NCBI GenBank assembly: GCA_963662465.1
Contig: OY759599.1
Coordinates: 3,200,001-3,264,000 of the forward strand
DNA length: 64,000 nt
Source: Desulfatiglandales bacterium
GTDB lineage: Bacteria; Desulfobacterota; DSM-4660; Desulfatiglandales; Desulfatiglandaceae
Direction of reading: 5' to 3'
A program made the translations under genes and the position numbers. Below, in pieces: positions 40,663 through 51,951 of this stretch (positions are counted from its first letter, which is position 1; every line of letters starts with the position of its first letter). A model generated the notes under the pieces. It was not told the DNA's origin and ran no database searches. It saw only the letters and a program-made list of their open reading frames with translations.

Positions 40663-42585
40663 CTAGAATTTTGATAATTCATCATCCTCAAGGGGAAAGA
40701 CTTGTTCAGGTCTCAATTCGCCGCTCTCCCTTAACATCGGTTTTTTTGCGTTCCTTTTCTTACGATCATGACCCATGGGATTTTCAACTAATCCATGGCT
40801 TGTATCGGGTGTGGTTTTTACCCTACGGGTTCCGTCATTGGCGCCGCCGATAACATAGACGAGATCGCCCACGATACTGCGCATCTGTTCCGCCTGGGCG
40901 TTCATCTCCTCCGAGGCAGCGGCCGATTCCTCAGCATTGGCCGCATTCTGCTGGGTAACCTTGTCCATTTCCATGATGGCCTGGTTGATCTGTTCAACCC
41001 CTTTAGCCTGCTCGGATGAGGCGGCAGCAATTTCATTCACCAATTCCCCGACTTTTCTAACCCTGGTAACGGTTTCACCAAAAGCCTCGCTGGTTCCGGT
41101 CACCACCTGCGAACCAGCGTTAATTTTTTTCACAGTATCATCTATAAGCCCCGCCGTGTTTTTGGCGGCATCCGCGGCCCTCAAGGCCAGGTTTCTCACT
41201 TCATCGGCGACCACGGCAAATCCTGCCCCCGCCTCCCCTGCCCTTGCCGCCTCAACGGCCGCATTGAGGGCCAGAAGATTGGTCTGGAAAGCAATCTCAT
41301 CAATGGTTTTGATGATTTTCTGCGTCTCTTCGCTGGCTCTGGAAATATCTTCCATGGATTGGGTCAGATGGGTCATGGATTCATCCGCGCGGGTAACGAC
41401 CTGGTTGGTTTCCTTCATCAGGCTATCCGCCTCATTGGCATTGTTCGCGTTCTGCCGGGTCATGGAAGACATCTCTTCCAGAGAAGAAGATGTCTCTTCC
41501 AAAGCGGCGGCCGATTCAGCAGCGCCTTCGGCCAGGGATTGGCTGGAAGCAGATACTTGAGTCGATGCGGCCGCCACCTGCTCAGACCCGTCATTGAGCC
41601 CGTGTGCCGCGCGCATGATGGGCCGGGTGATACTGCGTGCAAACAGAAAGACCGCCAGGATCGTCAAGACCAGGAAAATCCCCCCCACAAGCAGGATGAC
41701 ATTTCTGATGGCATGGGCGGCGACCATGAATTCATCCGTTGGCTGTGTAACGCCGATGCTCCACCCCGTAAAAGCCACCGGCGCATATCCCGCGATTTTA
41801 TCGATCCCTTCAAAGATATAGGAATCAACCCCGCGCTTGTGGGCCAACATGTTCCCCATAATGGATTCCATCCCCTTGACCTTTGCCAGGTTTGTTTCAA
41901 GAATATGTTTTTTGTTGGGGTGTGCAACGGTCAGACCGGTCTTGTCCACCATAAACGGATAACCGGTTTCTCCCACCTTCACGGAAATGATATTATCCGT
42001 CAAAAATTCAATTTTCAGAACCGTTGCGACAGTCCCCAGAAATTTTCCGTCACTGGAAAACACCGGCGCACATACCGGGACAACAGGGAGACCTGACATT
42101 TTGGATTTTACCACCGTGCCCACATTGGCTTTGCCGCTTTTGGCCACATGAAAATAGTCGCGGTCCGCTAAAGATATCCCCTTTAACGTTCCCCCGTTGC
42201 CATCGGCGATGACAGTTCCGGATGCATCGCTCACAACAATTGTTTCATAGTCGTCCCCCACCTTTTTCATGGTATTGGCCAACCTGCTATTAAGATGATC
42301 AATCTCTGAAGCGGCATCTTTCATACCGGCTTCGGCAACGGTTTTGACGGTACTTCTCAATTGACGTCCCACCGCCAATTCTTCAACGAGCTTGACCTCC
42401 TCCATAAGCACAAACTGCGTCATGGCAGCCAGGTTGCCGGCAATATTCATGGCCTGTTCTTTTGCAAGCGCCTCAAGTGATTTCGATGCTTTGTTGACCG
42501 AAAAAAAACCCACCACCACCAGTGGGATTAATACCGCGGCAATACCGCCTGTAACGAGTTTAAAACCGAGTGATCTTCTTTTCAT
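40663..42585 (-). CDS. Methyl-accepting chemotaxis protein (Cache sensor)
   Basis: Two TMs, [34 protein letters not shown]. Confidence 0.95.
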   Translation of the reverse strand: MKRRSLGFKLVTGGIAAVLIPLVVVGFFSVNKASKSLEALAKEQAMNIAGNLAAMTQFVLMEEVKLVEELAVGRQLRSTVKTVAEAGMKDAASEIDHLNSRLANTMKKVGDDYETIVVSDASGTVIADGNGGTLKGISLADRDYFHVAKSGKANVGTVVKSKMSGLPVVPVCAPVFSSDGKFLGTVATVLKIEFLTDNIISVKVGETGYPFMVDKTGLTVAHPNKKHILETNLAKVKGMESIMGNMLAHKRGVDSYIFEGIDKIAGYAPVAFTGWSIGVTQPTDEFMVAAHAIRNVILLVGGIFLVLTILAVFLFARSITRPIMRAAHGLNDGSEQVAAASTQVSASSQSLAEGAAESAAALEETSSSLEEMSSMTRQNANNANEADSLMKETNQVVTRADESMTHLTQSMEDISRASEETQKIIKTIDEIAFQTNLLALNAAVEAARAGEAGAGFAVVADEVRNLALRAADAAKNTAGLIDDTVKKINAGSQVVTGTSEAFGETVTRVRKVGELVNEIAAASSEQAKGVEQINQAIMEMDKVTQQNAANAEESAAASEEMNAQAEQMRSIVGDLVYVIGGANDGTRRVKTTPDTSHGLVENPMGHDRKKRNAKKPMLRESGELRPEQVFPLEDDELSKF

Positions 42586-42639
42586 TTCTTTGCCCCTTAT
42601 GTTATGATTATTGGATTCGGCATGGCCCCTTCAATTTTT

Positions 42640-43038
42640 TCACATTTTTTGCGGGGACGCTCCCCAGTCTTTTGATGCTCCCCTCTTTCTTGAAATGTGG
42701 TACAGAATGTCTTTTAGAATTTCCACATCAAATGGCTTGATCATATAATAGACAATCCCCTCTTTTCGAACCTTTGCTTCCAATTCCAGAGAGTTATGCC
42801 CCGTCATCGTCACAATTCCCACTTCAGGCTGCAGAACCTTAAAGCGGGGAATCAGTTCACAGCCTTGAATGTCGGGGAGAGAAATATCCAAAAGGATCAG
42901 GTCAAAGCGAATCCGCCGCACTTTTGCAAGAGCGTCGCGGCCCGTAATCGCCCACTGGATGTGATGTCCCAATGCCTCCATGATCTCAGACAGAGTCCGC
43001 CCCGTGGGCTCACTATCCTCTACCAGTAAGATGTTCAT
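42640..43038 (-). CDS. Single-domain response regulator
   Basis: MNILLVEDS, LLDISLPD, IKPF; RBS ggagg before ATG 43038. Confidence 0.85.
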   Translation of the reverse strand: MNILLVEDSEPTGRTLSEIMEALGHHIQWAITGRDALAKVRRIRFDLILLDISLPDIQGCELIPRFKVLQPEVGIVTMTGHNSLELEAKVRKEGIVYYMIKPFDVEILKDILYHISRKRGASKDWGASPQKM

Positions 43039-43086
43039 GAAACCTCCTGTTTGATTTTGATCCCCCAGCGAATCAAAGGATCTTAT

Positions 43087-43103
43087 AGCAAGGGAAATGC
43101 CAA
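43087..43103 (-). promoter_or_regulatory. Sigma54 (-24/-12) promoter
   Basis: TTGGCATTTCCCTTGCT (GG-N10-GC) upstream of the RR-MCP genes. Confidence 0.75.
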
Positions 43104-43295
43104 GGAAGCGATGCAGATATTTAACTATATGAAATAATAAAGATAATATGATTCTGAAACAAATTTTGACAAGGAAAGAACCCAAGGCCTACCGGGACAA
43201 CCATGGCACCCCTAAACGACTTAATATTGGATAATTACTTGAAATTAAAAGGCAATGCAGAGATGCGACAGATATGGCCCAAAATGGGACTAGGA

Positions 43296-45080
43296 TCAGA
43301 CCAAATTTTTGATCTTTCGAAAAAGAGTCCTTCTGGAAATGCCAAGATGCGCCGCCGCCTTTGCCTTGTGCCACTGATGCTGTTGAAGGGCACTGACCAC
43401 CATATTTTTTTCAAAGCGCTCAACCGCTGCCGCCAGACTCATCCCGTTCCATTCAAAGGCTTTTATGGGGGCGTTCTCCCACTCATTGGCTGGATCGAAA
43501 CCGATTCCCGGAAAATCGAGATGACCGATAGCCAGATATCGGCGCAACATATTCTCAAGCTCTCGGACATTTCCGGGCCAATCATAACTGAAAAGCGCCT
43601 CCAGAATTTTTTCCGGCAAGATAATTTTTTTTTCACCCTTATCATATGTTTTGAGAAAATGGTCCACCAACAAGGGAAGATCCTCCTTTCGATCTCTTAA
43701 AGGCGGAATTTGAACCGGAATTACGTGCATTCTATAAAAAAAATCTTCACGCATCAGGCCGCTGTGGACCAACTCTTTGAGATCCTTATTGGTAGCGGCC
43801 ACAATCCGAAAGTCCGACATTTCGGTCCGATTGCTTCCAACCGGCGTATAACCTCGACCTTCGACAACGCGAAGCAATTTTACCTGCATATTCAAGGGAA
43901 GATCCCCAATCTCGTCTAAGAAAAGAACCCCCCCATGAGCAAGCGCCAGATACCCATGGGTATCCACGACGGCGCCTGTGAAAGCGCCTCTTTTGTGCCC
44001 AAAGAACTCGCTTTCAATAAGCGACCCAGGAATAGCACCGCAGTTCACCGGCACAAATGCATCCTTTTTCCGATCGCTCATCTCGTGTATCGCTCTGGCC
44101 ACAAGCTCTTTCCCCGTCCCGGACTCTCCGTAGACAATAACATTCTCATCTGTCGCGGCTGCCTTCAGAATAACGTCATAAACCTCCTGCATCACACGGC
44201 TTTTACCCACAATATTCCCAAACCGGTAGCGATCTCTGGCCGCATATTTCAGCAGTTTGTTTTCTTTTCGAAGCAACGCCGCTTCAGCTTGTACGGCTAT
44301 CTCATGAATTCTGCTTTCGGTGATGTCCCGAAGAGTGGACAGAATAGCCAGCTTTCCCTCCCATTCTATACATTCATTGTGCGCTTCCAACCAGATTTCC
44401 CGACCATCGGCCTTGAGACACTTCATTTTAACAACTTTTTCACGGAACTCCCCGGCATAAAAACCCTGACTCATGATCCTATGAGCCTCTCTGGAATCCT
44501 CGGCAATGAAATTCACGGTCTTTTGCCCAATCAGTTCATCAGGGCCATCGTATCCAAGCATTTCGGCGGATACGCTGTTTGCAAACATCAGACGCCTGTC
44601 CTGAATAAGTATAATCCCATCCGCCACTTTTTCAGTCAGCATTCGATACCGTTGTTCGCTGACCTTCAAAGCCCTTTCAGCTTTAACCCAATGGGTAATA
44701 TCCTGAAGGGTTTCCACGGCGCCAACAATCTTGCCGTCGAGATCAACAGCGGGCGCTGCCACGGAAAAGATATGCCGAGGCTCACCGCCAAGATTCTCAA
44801 AATAATCGGTAGCCTGCCAGGCGAACGGAATGACATCTGATTTCGACACCCCTTTCCCTTGATAAAATTCTTCAAATTTTCCAAGCTCACCGACCACGAT
44901 AAGATCCGCCAAAACCGGACGTTTATAGGGATAAAAAGGGACCCATTGGCGGTCCGTTCCGATCATTTCGGATGATGAATATCCTGTCAACAGTTCACAT
45001 GTTCGATTCCAATGTGTCACTTTATGATCCAAGCCGATGGCAAATTGAGCAATCGGCGTACATTCTAAAACATTCAGCAT
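43296..45080 (-). CDS. PAS-PAS sigma54-dependent enhancer-binding protein
   Basis: GESGTGKE, GAFTGA, WPGNVREL, Fis HTH. Confidence 0.95.
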   Translation of the reverse strand: MLNVLECTPIAQFAIGLDHKVTHWNRTCELLTGYSSSEMIGTDRQWVPFYPYKRPVLADLIVVGELGKFEEFYQGKGVSKSDVIPFAWQATDYFENLGGEPRHIFSVAAPAVDLDGKIVGAVETLQDITHWVKAERALKVSEQRYRMLTEKVADGIILIQDRRLMFANSVSAEMLGYDGPDELIGQKTVNFIAEDSREAHRIMSQGFYAGEFREKVVKMKCLKADGREIWLEAHNECIEWEGKLAILSTLRDITESRIHEIAVQAEAALLRKENKLLKYAARDRYRFGNIVGKSRVMQEVYDVILKAAATDENVIVYGESGTGKELVARAIHEMSDRKKDAFVPVNCGAIPGSLIESEFFGHKRGAFTGAVVDTHGYLALAHGGVLFLDEIGDLPLNMQVKLLRVVEGRGYTPVGSNRTEMSDFRIVAATNKDLKELVHSGLMREDFFYRMHVIPVQIPPLRDRKEDLPLLVDHFLKTYDKGEKKIILPEKILEALFSYDWPGNVRELENMLRRYLAIGHLDFPGIGFDPANEWENAPIKAFEWNGMSLAAAVERFEKNMVVSALQQHQWHKAKAAAHLGISRRTLFRKIKNLV

Positions 45081-45430
45081 GCCTATCTCACCTGTTCCAA
45101 CCCCTTGCAGTAATCATTTTCCCTATAGAAGTAGCGTTTCGATGCAACCAAACAGAGACTAATTGATAATTGAATTTTATGCATATTACAATTATAATCT
45201 ATATTCCGCTGACCGTAAAATAGAATTTCGCCTGTCTGTCAAGCCATTTTCAGTGCCTATTGGCGGATGACTGAAAACTCCTTGCCGCAACTTTGTGAAA
45301 AGTTTATAAGATGAATGGTTAACGAACAGAGCGCATGGCGCTTGATAATTGGAGGGTTGTTTCCATAAAAAAACAATCGCCTCAAAGAAACGCCATCAAA
45401 CCCTGGAAACCCCATTTGACGGAATAAGCC

Positions 45431-46789
45431 ATGAAAGTTATTAAAAAGATTGAAGATGCCGTAAATACTCAGAACATCCCCGGCGGCGCTGTTATTTATA
45501 CCGCGGGAAATTCAGCCACGCCCGTCATGCTCCTGCGGCAACTGGCACACGATGATGCCATCAAAGACGTATCGCTACTGAGTGTTTTGTTATTGGGGGA
45601 TATTCAAGATCTTTTTTCAGAAGACGCGTGCGAAAGAATTGAACACCGCGTCATTTTCAACGGACCTCACTCCAGAGACGCCATGAATACGGGGAGAGCC
45701 AGCTATCAAATGCTGCATCTCTCGGACATTCCCCGCCAGGTAAGACAATACATAAAACCCAATATTGTTCTCCTGAGCGTTGCAGGTCCTGATCACGGCG
45801 GCAACTTCAGCTATGGCACGAGTTTGGAGGGGTGTCTGGCCGCCGTTAAATCAGCAAAGGCCCAGGGTGGTCTCGTCATCGCCGAAAGAAACGCACAAAT
45901 GCCATTTGTTTTGGGAACCACCCTGCATGAGAGTGAAATTGATTTTCTGGTGGACACGGACTATCCCATTCCGGCCAGCCCGGTTTCCAAACCGGGTGAA
46001 CGCGCTAAAAAAATTGCCCATATCATCACCGAGCGTTACATCCATGAGGGCTGCACCCTTCAATTCGGCCTCGGAGGCGTGCCGGAGGCCCTCACGGACG
46101 CCATTATTGAAAAAGGGGTGAAGAATCTCGGCATTCACACGGAATTGTTCGCCGATGCCATGCGGACGCTGGTTGAACGGGGGATTGTAACCCGGCATGC
46201 CATGGAATTCACCTTTTCCGTAGCCACCATTTTTCTATCCTCCGAGGCAGCCGGTTACGACTGGCTGAATTTCAACAGTTCCGTTCAGAGCCGTCCCTCG
46301 GATTTCACAAACCACATTCCCATCATCGCCCAAATACCCAAAATGGTCTCCATCAACGGCGCCATCGGCGCGGACCTTCACGGAAACATATGGGCGGATT
46401 CCTTGAACGCCACCCGAATTTACAGCGGCATTGGAGGTCAGGCCGACTTTATTCGAGGCGCCTATCTTTCAGAAGGAGGCGTTCCCATCATTGCCATGAA
46501 ATCAACAACATCCGATGGCCAATCGAAGGTGTTGTTAAGAGGCCCCAAAGGAATTACCGTAACCGCCATCGCCGCCGATCCCGTAGTTATCGTCACAGAA
46601 CACGGCGCCTTTGATCCCCGTGGATTAAACCTCGCCGAACATGTTGTGGCCATCGCTCATCTGGCAGCCCCGGAATATCGAGAAGAGCTTCTAAGGCATA
46701 TTTACGACAGCAAAGAGTACTACAAACCACAAAGGCTCATTGGGGACAGGCCTCCGAAAGGATTCACACCCTATGACGCATTGAAATAA
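45431..46789 (+). CDS. Acetyl-CoA hydrolase/CoA-transferase family protein
   Basis: LQFGLGGVP, GIHTELF, SGIGGQADF.RGA, VTEHG. Confidence 0.85.
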   Translation: MKVIKKIEDAVNTQNIPGGAVIYTAGNSATPVMLLRQLAHDDAIKDVSLLSVLLLGDIQDLFSEDACERIEHRVIFNGPHSRDAMNTGRASYQMLHLSDIPRQVRQYIKPNIVLLSVAGPDHGGNFSYGTSLEGCLAAVKSAKAQGGLVIAERNAQMPFVLGTTLHESEIDFLVDTDYPIPASPVSKPGERAKKIAHIITERYIHEGCTLQFGLGGVPEALTDAIIEKGVKNLGIHTELFADAMRTLVERGIVTRHAMEFTFSVATIFLSSEAAGYDWLNFNSSVQSRPSDFTNHIPIIAQIPKMVSINGAIGADLHGNIWADSLNATRIYSGIGGQADFIRGAYLSEGGVPIIAMKSTTSDGQSKVLLRGPKGITVTAIAADPVVIVTEHGAFDPRGLNLAEHVVAIAHLAAPEYREELLRHIYDSKEYYKPQRLIGDRPPKGFTPYDALK

Positions 46790-46798
46790 GCATAGGCC

Positions 46799-47087
46799 AT
46801 GGGGACACCCATGCATTTATATTCGGATTCAACACCAACGCCTCGGCAATAACCCGACCCCTTTGGACCGCTCTACTTGTAGCCGACTGACTTAGCCCCA
46901 GCTTCAGACCCACAGCGGTCGCTGACATGTCCAACACATGAACAGCCCAGAATGACAATACGCTACGGGCTGGTACCCGGCGAGGTTGTTTGCCGGGGGT
47001 CATCACATCGGAATGAGACAAATCAAATAGTTCAGCAACCCTCTTGCCAACCGGAAAAGAAATGCATAAACGCATGGGCGTCCCCAT
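46799..47087 (-). mobile_element. Internally deleted RAYT-like element with terminal IRs; encodes only a C-terminal HTH
   Basis: IR atggggacacccatgcattta / taaacgcatgggcgtccccat; ARSVLSFWAV..L.MSATAVG..LGLSQSATSRAVQRG. Confidence 0.6.
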
Positions 47088-47105
47088 CGCCGTTTAATAC
47101 ACCTG

Positions 47106-47134
47106 TTGACACAAGACCCCCTGCTTGTTAAACT
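47106..47134 (+). promoter_or_regulatory. Sigma70 promoter of the TA operon
   Basis: TTGACA-N17-TAAACT. Confidence 0.75.
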
Positions 47135-47172
47135 CAAGATGAACTTTTCAAGTTTTATCCGGAGGTATCGAA

Positions 47173-47430
47173 ATGAAAACGATCATCAATACGAAAGAGC
47201 TTAGGGCCACGCTTCCGAAAATTGTGGAGAGTGTCCGCCGGGGAGAACAGTTCACTGTGCTTTACAGGAGCCGGCCGGCCTTTCGAATCGTACCCATCGA
47301 CGAAGTGGATTACCCGACGACTCAACTGGAGAAAGATCCCTTGTATCATGCCGGGGCACTGGGAGAATCGTCCGACGGACTGAGATCGGAAGACCACGAT
47401 GCCATCCTTTATGGCGATGGTGAACCATGA
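47173..47430 (+). CDS. Phd/YefM-family antitoxin
   Basis: ELRATLPKIVESVRRGE..TV...RP. Confidence 0.85.
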   Translation: MKTIINTKELRATLPKIVESVRRGEQFTVLYRSRPAFRIVPIDEVDYPTTQLEKDPLYHAGALGESSDGLRSEDHDAILYGDGEP

Positions 47431-47840
47431 AACGGTTGTTTGTGGATACGGCCGGTTGGATGGCCATGGCCGATGCCAAGGACCCCATGCACACCTCCTT
47501 TCGGACCGCTCGGGACCAGTGGCTGGAGGCTGGTGGGCTGCTGGTTGTCTCCAATTATGTTGTGGATGAAACCCTGACCCTGATCCGTATGCGCCTCGGT
47601 CTGAATGCCGCCGAACGGTGGTGGGAGCAAGTGTCGGAAAGCCGGCGGTGCCGAACGGAATGGGTGACACCTGACAGGGCGGGACGCGCCGTGCATTGGT
47701 TTTTCAGGTGGAAAGACCAATCCTTTTCTTTTACCGACTGCACGAGCTTTGTCCTCATGAAGGAATTGCATATTGAAAAGGCGTTGACCGCAGACCATCA
47801 TTTCCTAACGGCCGGATTTGAAATTTTTCCATCTTCTTAG
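47427..47840 (+). CDS. vapC: PIN-domain (VapC) toxin
   Basis: FVDT, DETLTL, SFTDCTSF, TADHHF; 4-bp overlap with the antitoxin. Confidence 0.9.
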   Translation: MKRLFVDTAGWMAMADAKDPMHTSFRTARDQWLEAGGLLVVSNYVVDETLTLIRMRLGLNAAERWWEQVSESRRCRTEWVTPDRAGRAVHWFFRWKDQSFSFTDCTSFVLMKELHIEKALTADHHFLTAGFEIFPSS

Positions 47841-48170
47841 AAAACGTAGAAAATGGGAACGCCCATGCATCTATGCGTTTCTAATCATATTCGGATTCAG
47901 CTGTTTTTTGAATATCGAATGTCGAACAAGGAATGTTGAATAATGAAATTAAAACAGAGCATTATGCTTCGACATGCGATATTCCTTGTTCAACATTCTG
48001 CGGTTCTCTTTTAACAGTGGGCGAAGTTAGGACCAAACCCCCAATTCCCATTAGCCTTTCCCGACTTATTTAGATCCTGTTTTGTGGGCCAGCGTTTTAG
48101 TCACCAGAAACATTACATCAGTTTAGAACAATTCTTACGATAATATGAAGACCTGCCTAGCGTGCATTGA

Positions 48171-50894
48171 TTACCCCAGGACCTTTTTCAAAACACTCTC
48201 AAGATCGGCCTTTTGATAAGGCTTGGCCATGGCGCCTCGAAAACCATGTTCCTCATAATTGGCCAACACCGGGTCATTGAAATAGCCGCTGCATACGATG
48301 GCCTTTACATCCGGATCGATCTTGATCAGTTCCTTGATGGCCTGATCACCGCCCATGCCGCCCTTGATGGTCAGATCAAGAATAACCGCGTCAAAGGGCT
48401 CTCCTGAGTTCATATGTTTTTTGTAAGTTTCGATGGCTTCCACGCCGTCCTTTACAGTCTCAACTTTATACCCCAACCGCTCCAACATCTTTTGACCTAG
48501 ATCTCTCAGCATTTCCTCATCGTCCATGACCAAAATACTTTGGATTGTTGATTGTTGATTGCCGATTGTTGATTGTTCTGATTCCCGTTCCGCCTGGACG
48601 GGACCGCGCTCCGCATTCCGCATTCCGCGTTCCGCAATCCCCATGGCCGGCAGGTAGATGGTTACGGTGGTTCCCACGGCGGTTGTAGAGTTGACCATGA
48701 TATGACCGTCATGTTTTTCAACAACCGCATAGGCAGTGGTCAGGCCCAGTCCCATTCCCTTTTGGACCCCTCTTTCCTTTGTAGAAAAATAGGGATCGAA
48801 GATTCTGGTCATGTCTTCCTCCGGAATGCCTCTCCCCTCATCTTTAATGGAAATCCTCACATACTTCCCTTCGTTGAGAGGCAATGTGGCGTCTTTGTCT
48901 TTGTTCTCGATGACTTGGTTTTCCGCCTGAATGGTAATGGCTCCCCCCTGGGGCGTAGCCTCCACGGCGTTTTTAAGCACATTGCTTATGGCGAAATGCA
49001 TTTGCTTTGAATCATATCCCACGGACCAGAGATCATCTTGAATGGCAAAGGTCGTCGATGCCTCATGCGCCTGGAACTGTCCCCTGATCTCCTCAAGCAG
49101 ATTCTTTATAGACCCCAGTTCTTTTCTAGGATACCCTCCCTTGGAAAGGGTGAGAAATTGATAGGTTAGGTCCCTTGCCTTGCAGGATGCCTGTTCAATT
49201 TCATGGAGGAATCCCGCCATGGCTGAATAAGGCTCAGTTTCCTCCTGGGCTATTGAGACGTTCCCCATGATAACGGCGAGGAGATTGTTGTAGTCATGGG
49301 CAATGCCGCCTGCAAGGGTGGCAATGCTCTCGGCTTTTTGGGACTTCATGAGTTGGGCTTGAAGACGCCTTTTTTCAGTGATGTCTTGAAAGAAACCATA
49401 GACCCTGTGGTGTTTTAGATCCGTTTTTCCTATGGCATGAACAGACCGAAGATTGCCTTTGGCGGTGATGATTTCCAGCTCCAAGTCAAATGGCTCGCCA
49501 TGATTGATGGCCCGCTGCACTGCCTGTTCAATAATTGGCCTGGAAGCGGGGGTGTAGAAATCGATTCCTTTTCTCATTGTCGGCTCGTAGGTGAGATCCA
49601 ATTCGTGGATTCTATAGACCTCTTCCGTCCATGTTTGTTTTTCGGTATCGATGTTGAATTCCCAGCCGCCAACCTTTCCGATCTTTTCCGTTTCCGTGAG
49701 TAAACGCTGGGCCTTTTTAAGGGCCTCCTCGGCGTGCTTGCGCTCGGAAATATCCCGGAAAACGTTTACAATTCCCAAAGGTGTCCCCTGCGAATCCTTC
49801 ATGAGAGTCACAGTGTGCTCGGTGGGGAAAACTTCCCCGCTTTTCCTTTTGAGCATGAACTCCGCATGTAACGATTGGCCTCTGTTGAAAGCCTCGTTTA
49901 TTCGATTCACGAAGTCGACGAAATGCTCGTGGTCCACGTGAAAAAGCTCGGGAGAAAGTCCGGCAACTTCCTCCTGCGAGTACCCGAGAATCTTTGTGGT
50001 GCTATGGTTGATCTTGAGGATTATTTTGTCCGGAGAAACCACCAAAACGGCTTCTTCCAGAGCATTGAAGATGTTCTGGAGCCAAATTTCAGATCCCCGT
50101 AAGGCATCTTCTGCTTTTTTTCGTTCCGTGATGTCCGTGGCAATGTGAATGATCTTTTCGATGCGGCCGCTCTCGTCCAGCATGGGGGTACAGGAAACCA
50201 GGAATGCCCCTTCAAGAGCTTGAATCTCCATCTCAACGGTTTCCAGGTGCCCGGAGGCCATCACTTTTTCAAAGGGGCATCCTTCGGGGGGCTGATCGGT
50301 CCTGTGGAAGATTTCATGGCATTTTTTTCCTATGAGGTCTTTTTCGGGAATCCCGGTAGCCTTCTCGGTAGCCTCATTGGCATGAAGCACCCGGTGTTCC
50401 TTATCAATAATAAGCGTGGCGTGTCCCACGGCCTGAAAAATATTCTCCCATTCCCTCCGTGCTTTTCGAATGTCTTCTTCCGCACGCTTGCGATCGGTGA
50501 TATCACTTATCGCGGCCCTGATCTCCATGAGGTCGCCGTTGCTTTCTCGAAAAACCGCACATTCCATTTGAGCGTAGAATTCATGGCCTTCCTCTTTCAA
50601 CATCCTCAAGCTGAAGGATATGGATTCCCCTGTGGTTTTATTGAGACGCTGTTGATATGAATACCAACGATCTTGATCGTCTCCGTGAATGAAACGAGGG
50701 AAATGCTTGCCAATTAACCGCCCTCTTTCAATCCCCATCATGGCCGCCCCGGTCAGGTTGACCTTCTCGATCATCCCCTTTTCACCAATGGAAAAATAAC
50801 CGACCGGTGAAAAATCGTAGAGATGCGAATACATATCCCTTGACGATTGAAGTTCGGATTGAATGGTGCGAAGCTTCTCATTCTGCATTTCCAA
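48171..50894 (-). CDS. Multi-PAS hybrid histidine kinase
   Basis: GIAHDYNN, GMGLGL, REC ILVMDDE..ILDLT; the 5' end appears truncated. Confidence 0.9.
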   Translation of the reverse strand: MEMQNEKLRTIQSELQSSRDMYSHLYDFSPVGYFSIGEKGMIEKVNLTGAAMMGIERGRLIGKHFPRFIHGDDQDRWYSYQQRLNKTTGESISFSLRMLKEEGHEFYAQMECAVFRESNGDLMEIRAAISDITDRKRAEEDIRKARREWENIFQAVGHATLIIDKEHRVLHANEATEKATGIPEKDLIGKKCHEIFHRTDQPPEGCPFEKVMASGHLETVEMEIQALEGAFLVSCTPMLDESGRIEKIIHIATDITERKKAEDALRGSEIWLQNIFNALEEAVLVVSPDKIILKINHSTTKILGYSQEEVAGLSPELFHVDHEHFVDFVNRINEAFNRGQSLHAEFMLKRKSGEVFPTEHTVTLMKDSQGTPLGIVNVFRDISERKHAEEALKKAQRLLTETEKIGKVGGWEFNIDTEKQTWTEEVYRIHELDLTYEPTMRKGIDFYTPASRPIIEQAVQRAINHGEPFDLELEIITAKGNLRSVHAIGKTDLKHHRVYGFFQDITEKRRLQAQLMKSQKAESIATLAGGIAHDYNNLLAVIMGNVSIAQEETEPYSAMAGFLHEIEQASCKARDLTYQFLTLSKGGYPRKELGSIKNLLEEIRGQFQAHEASTTFAIQDDLWSVGYDSKQMHFAISNVLKNAVEATPQGGAITIQAENQVIENKDKDATLPLNEGKYVRISIKDEGRGIPEEDMTRIFDPYFSTKERGVQKGMGLGLTTAYAVVEKHDGHIMVNSTTAVGTTVTIYLPAMGIAERGMRNAERGPVQAERESEQSTIGNQQSTIQSILVMDDEEMLRDLGQKMLERLGYKVETVKDGVEAIETYKKHMNSGEPFDAVILDLTIKGGMGGDQAIKELIKIDPDVKAIVCSGYFNDPVLANYEEHGFRGAMAKPYQKADLESVLKKVLG

Positions 50895-50935
50895 TTCGAT
50901 TTGATGCGCGATCAGTTCGTCTTTCAGCCTGTTGT

Positions 50936-51685
50936 TCAGCAGAATTGATCAACCCATTTAACCTTGCCCGACTTTGTGATGATCCGGTATGAATAATGGG
51001 TGACCACATCTTCGACCCCTTCCTGCTTTTTTTGAACCTGTTCCATGACGAATGCCAGATCGTCCGGGTGAAATAGCCTGCCAAATCCGTTTATTCCCCA
51101 ATTAAGGGCTTCCTTGATTGAATATTCAGTGAGATCAGAGGCCGCTTGGTTCACATATTTAACAAAACCGCCCTGAACAATAATGACTCCCAATAGATTT
51201 TGCTCGGTAAGCAACCGGAATTTTTCCTCGCTCTCCTTCAGCAACGCCTCCGTCCGTTTACGCTCGGTGATGTCACGACCCAGAAGCGCCAACCCTGTTA
51301 TTTTTCCTTGCTCATCAAAGACAGGGTAGAAAACATTGTCGAACCATGTTCCCTTGCTTTTGTCTTCGAAACGGACGGGTTCCCCCGACTTAATCACCTC
51401 GGCAAAGTATGATTTTCTACTGATTAACATCTCTTGTGGTACTAAATCCCAGCAATTCATGCCTTTTAAATCGTCAACACTCAGTCCGAACCTCTGAGCC
51501 AATGCTTCATTGGCATCAATCATAATGCCTTCTGTATCCACCAACCCAAAAACATCATCAAAGGTATTCATAAGCGCACTCGACGTTGCCTTGTTCTTTT
51601 CCTCAAACCACTTGAATTTAGCGATTTCTTCTTCTAATTTCTGAACCCGTTGTTCCAATTCCTGGTAGGTTGGCTTTTTGGCCAT
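50936..51685 (-). pseudogene. PAS-domain protein truncated in its second PAS
   Basis: KPTYQELEQRV..., ends KWVDQFC at an out-of-frame junction. Confidence 0.6.
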
Positions 51686-51903
51686 CAGAAGATCCTCCAG
51701 ATACCCTCAAAATGGTGGAAAAATTCGGTATCACATCGATATTTCGCAGCTTGAGTTGCTCGCCGATCATCAAAAAGGAATCCGATGTACTCTGAACCTT
51801 TAAAACCGGGAAACGGTGTCCGGGCAAAAAAAAGCCCCGGTGCCTTCACGGGCATCGGAGCAATATTAAATGTTCTTATGTGATCGTCTCCTAAAAATGG
51901 AAG

Positions 51904-51951
<48 letters not shown>

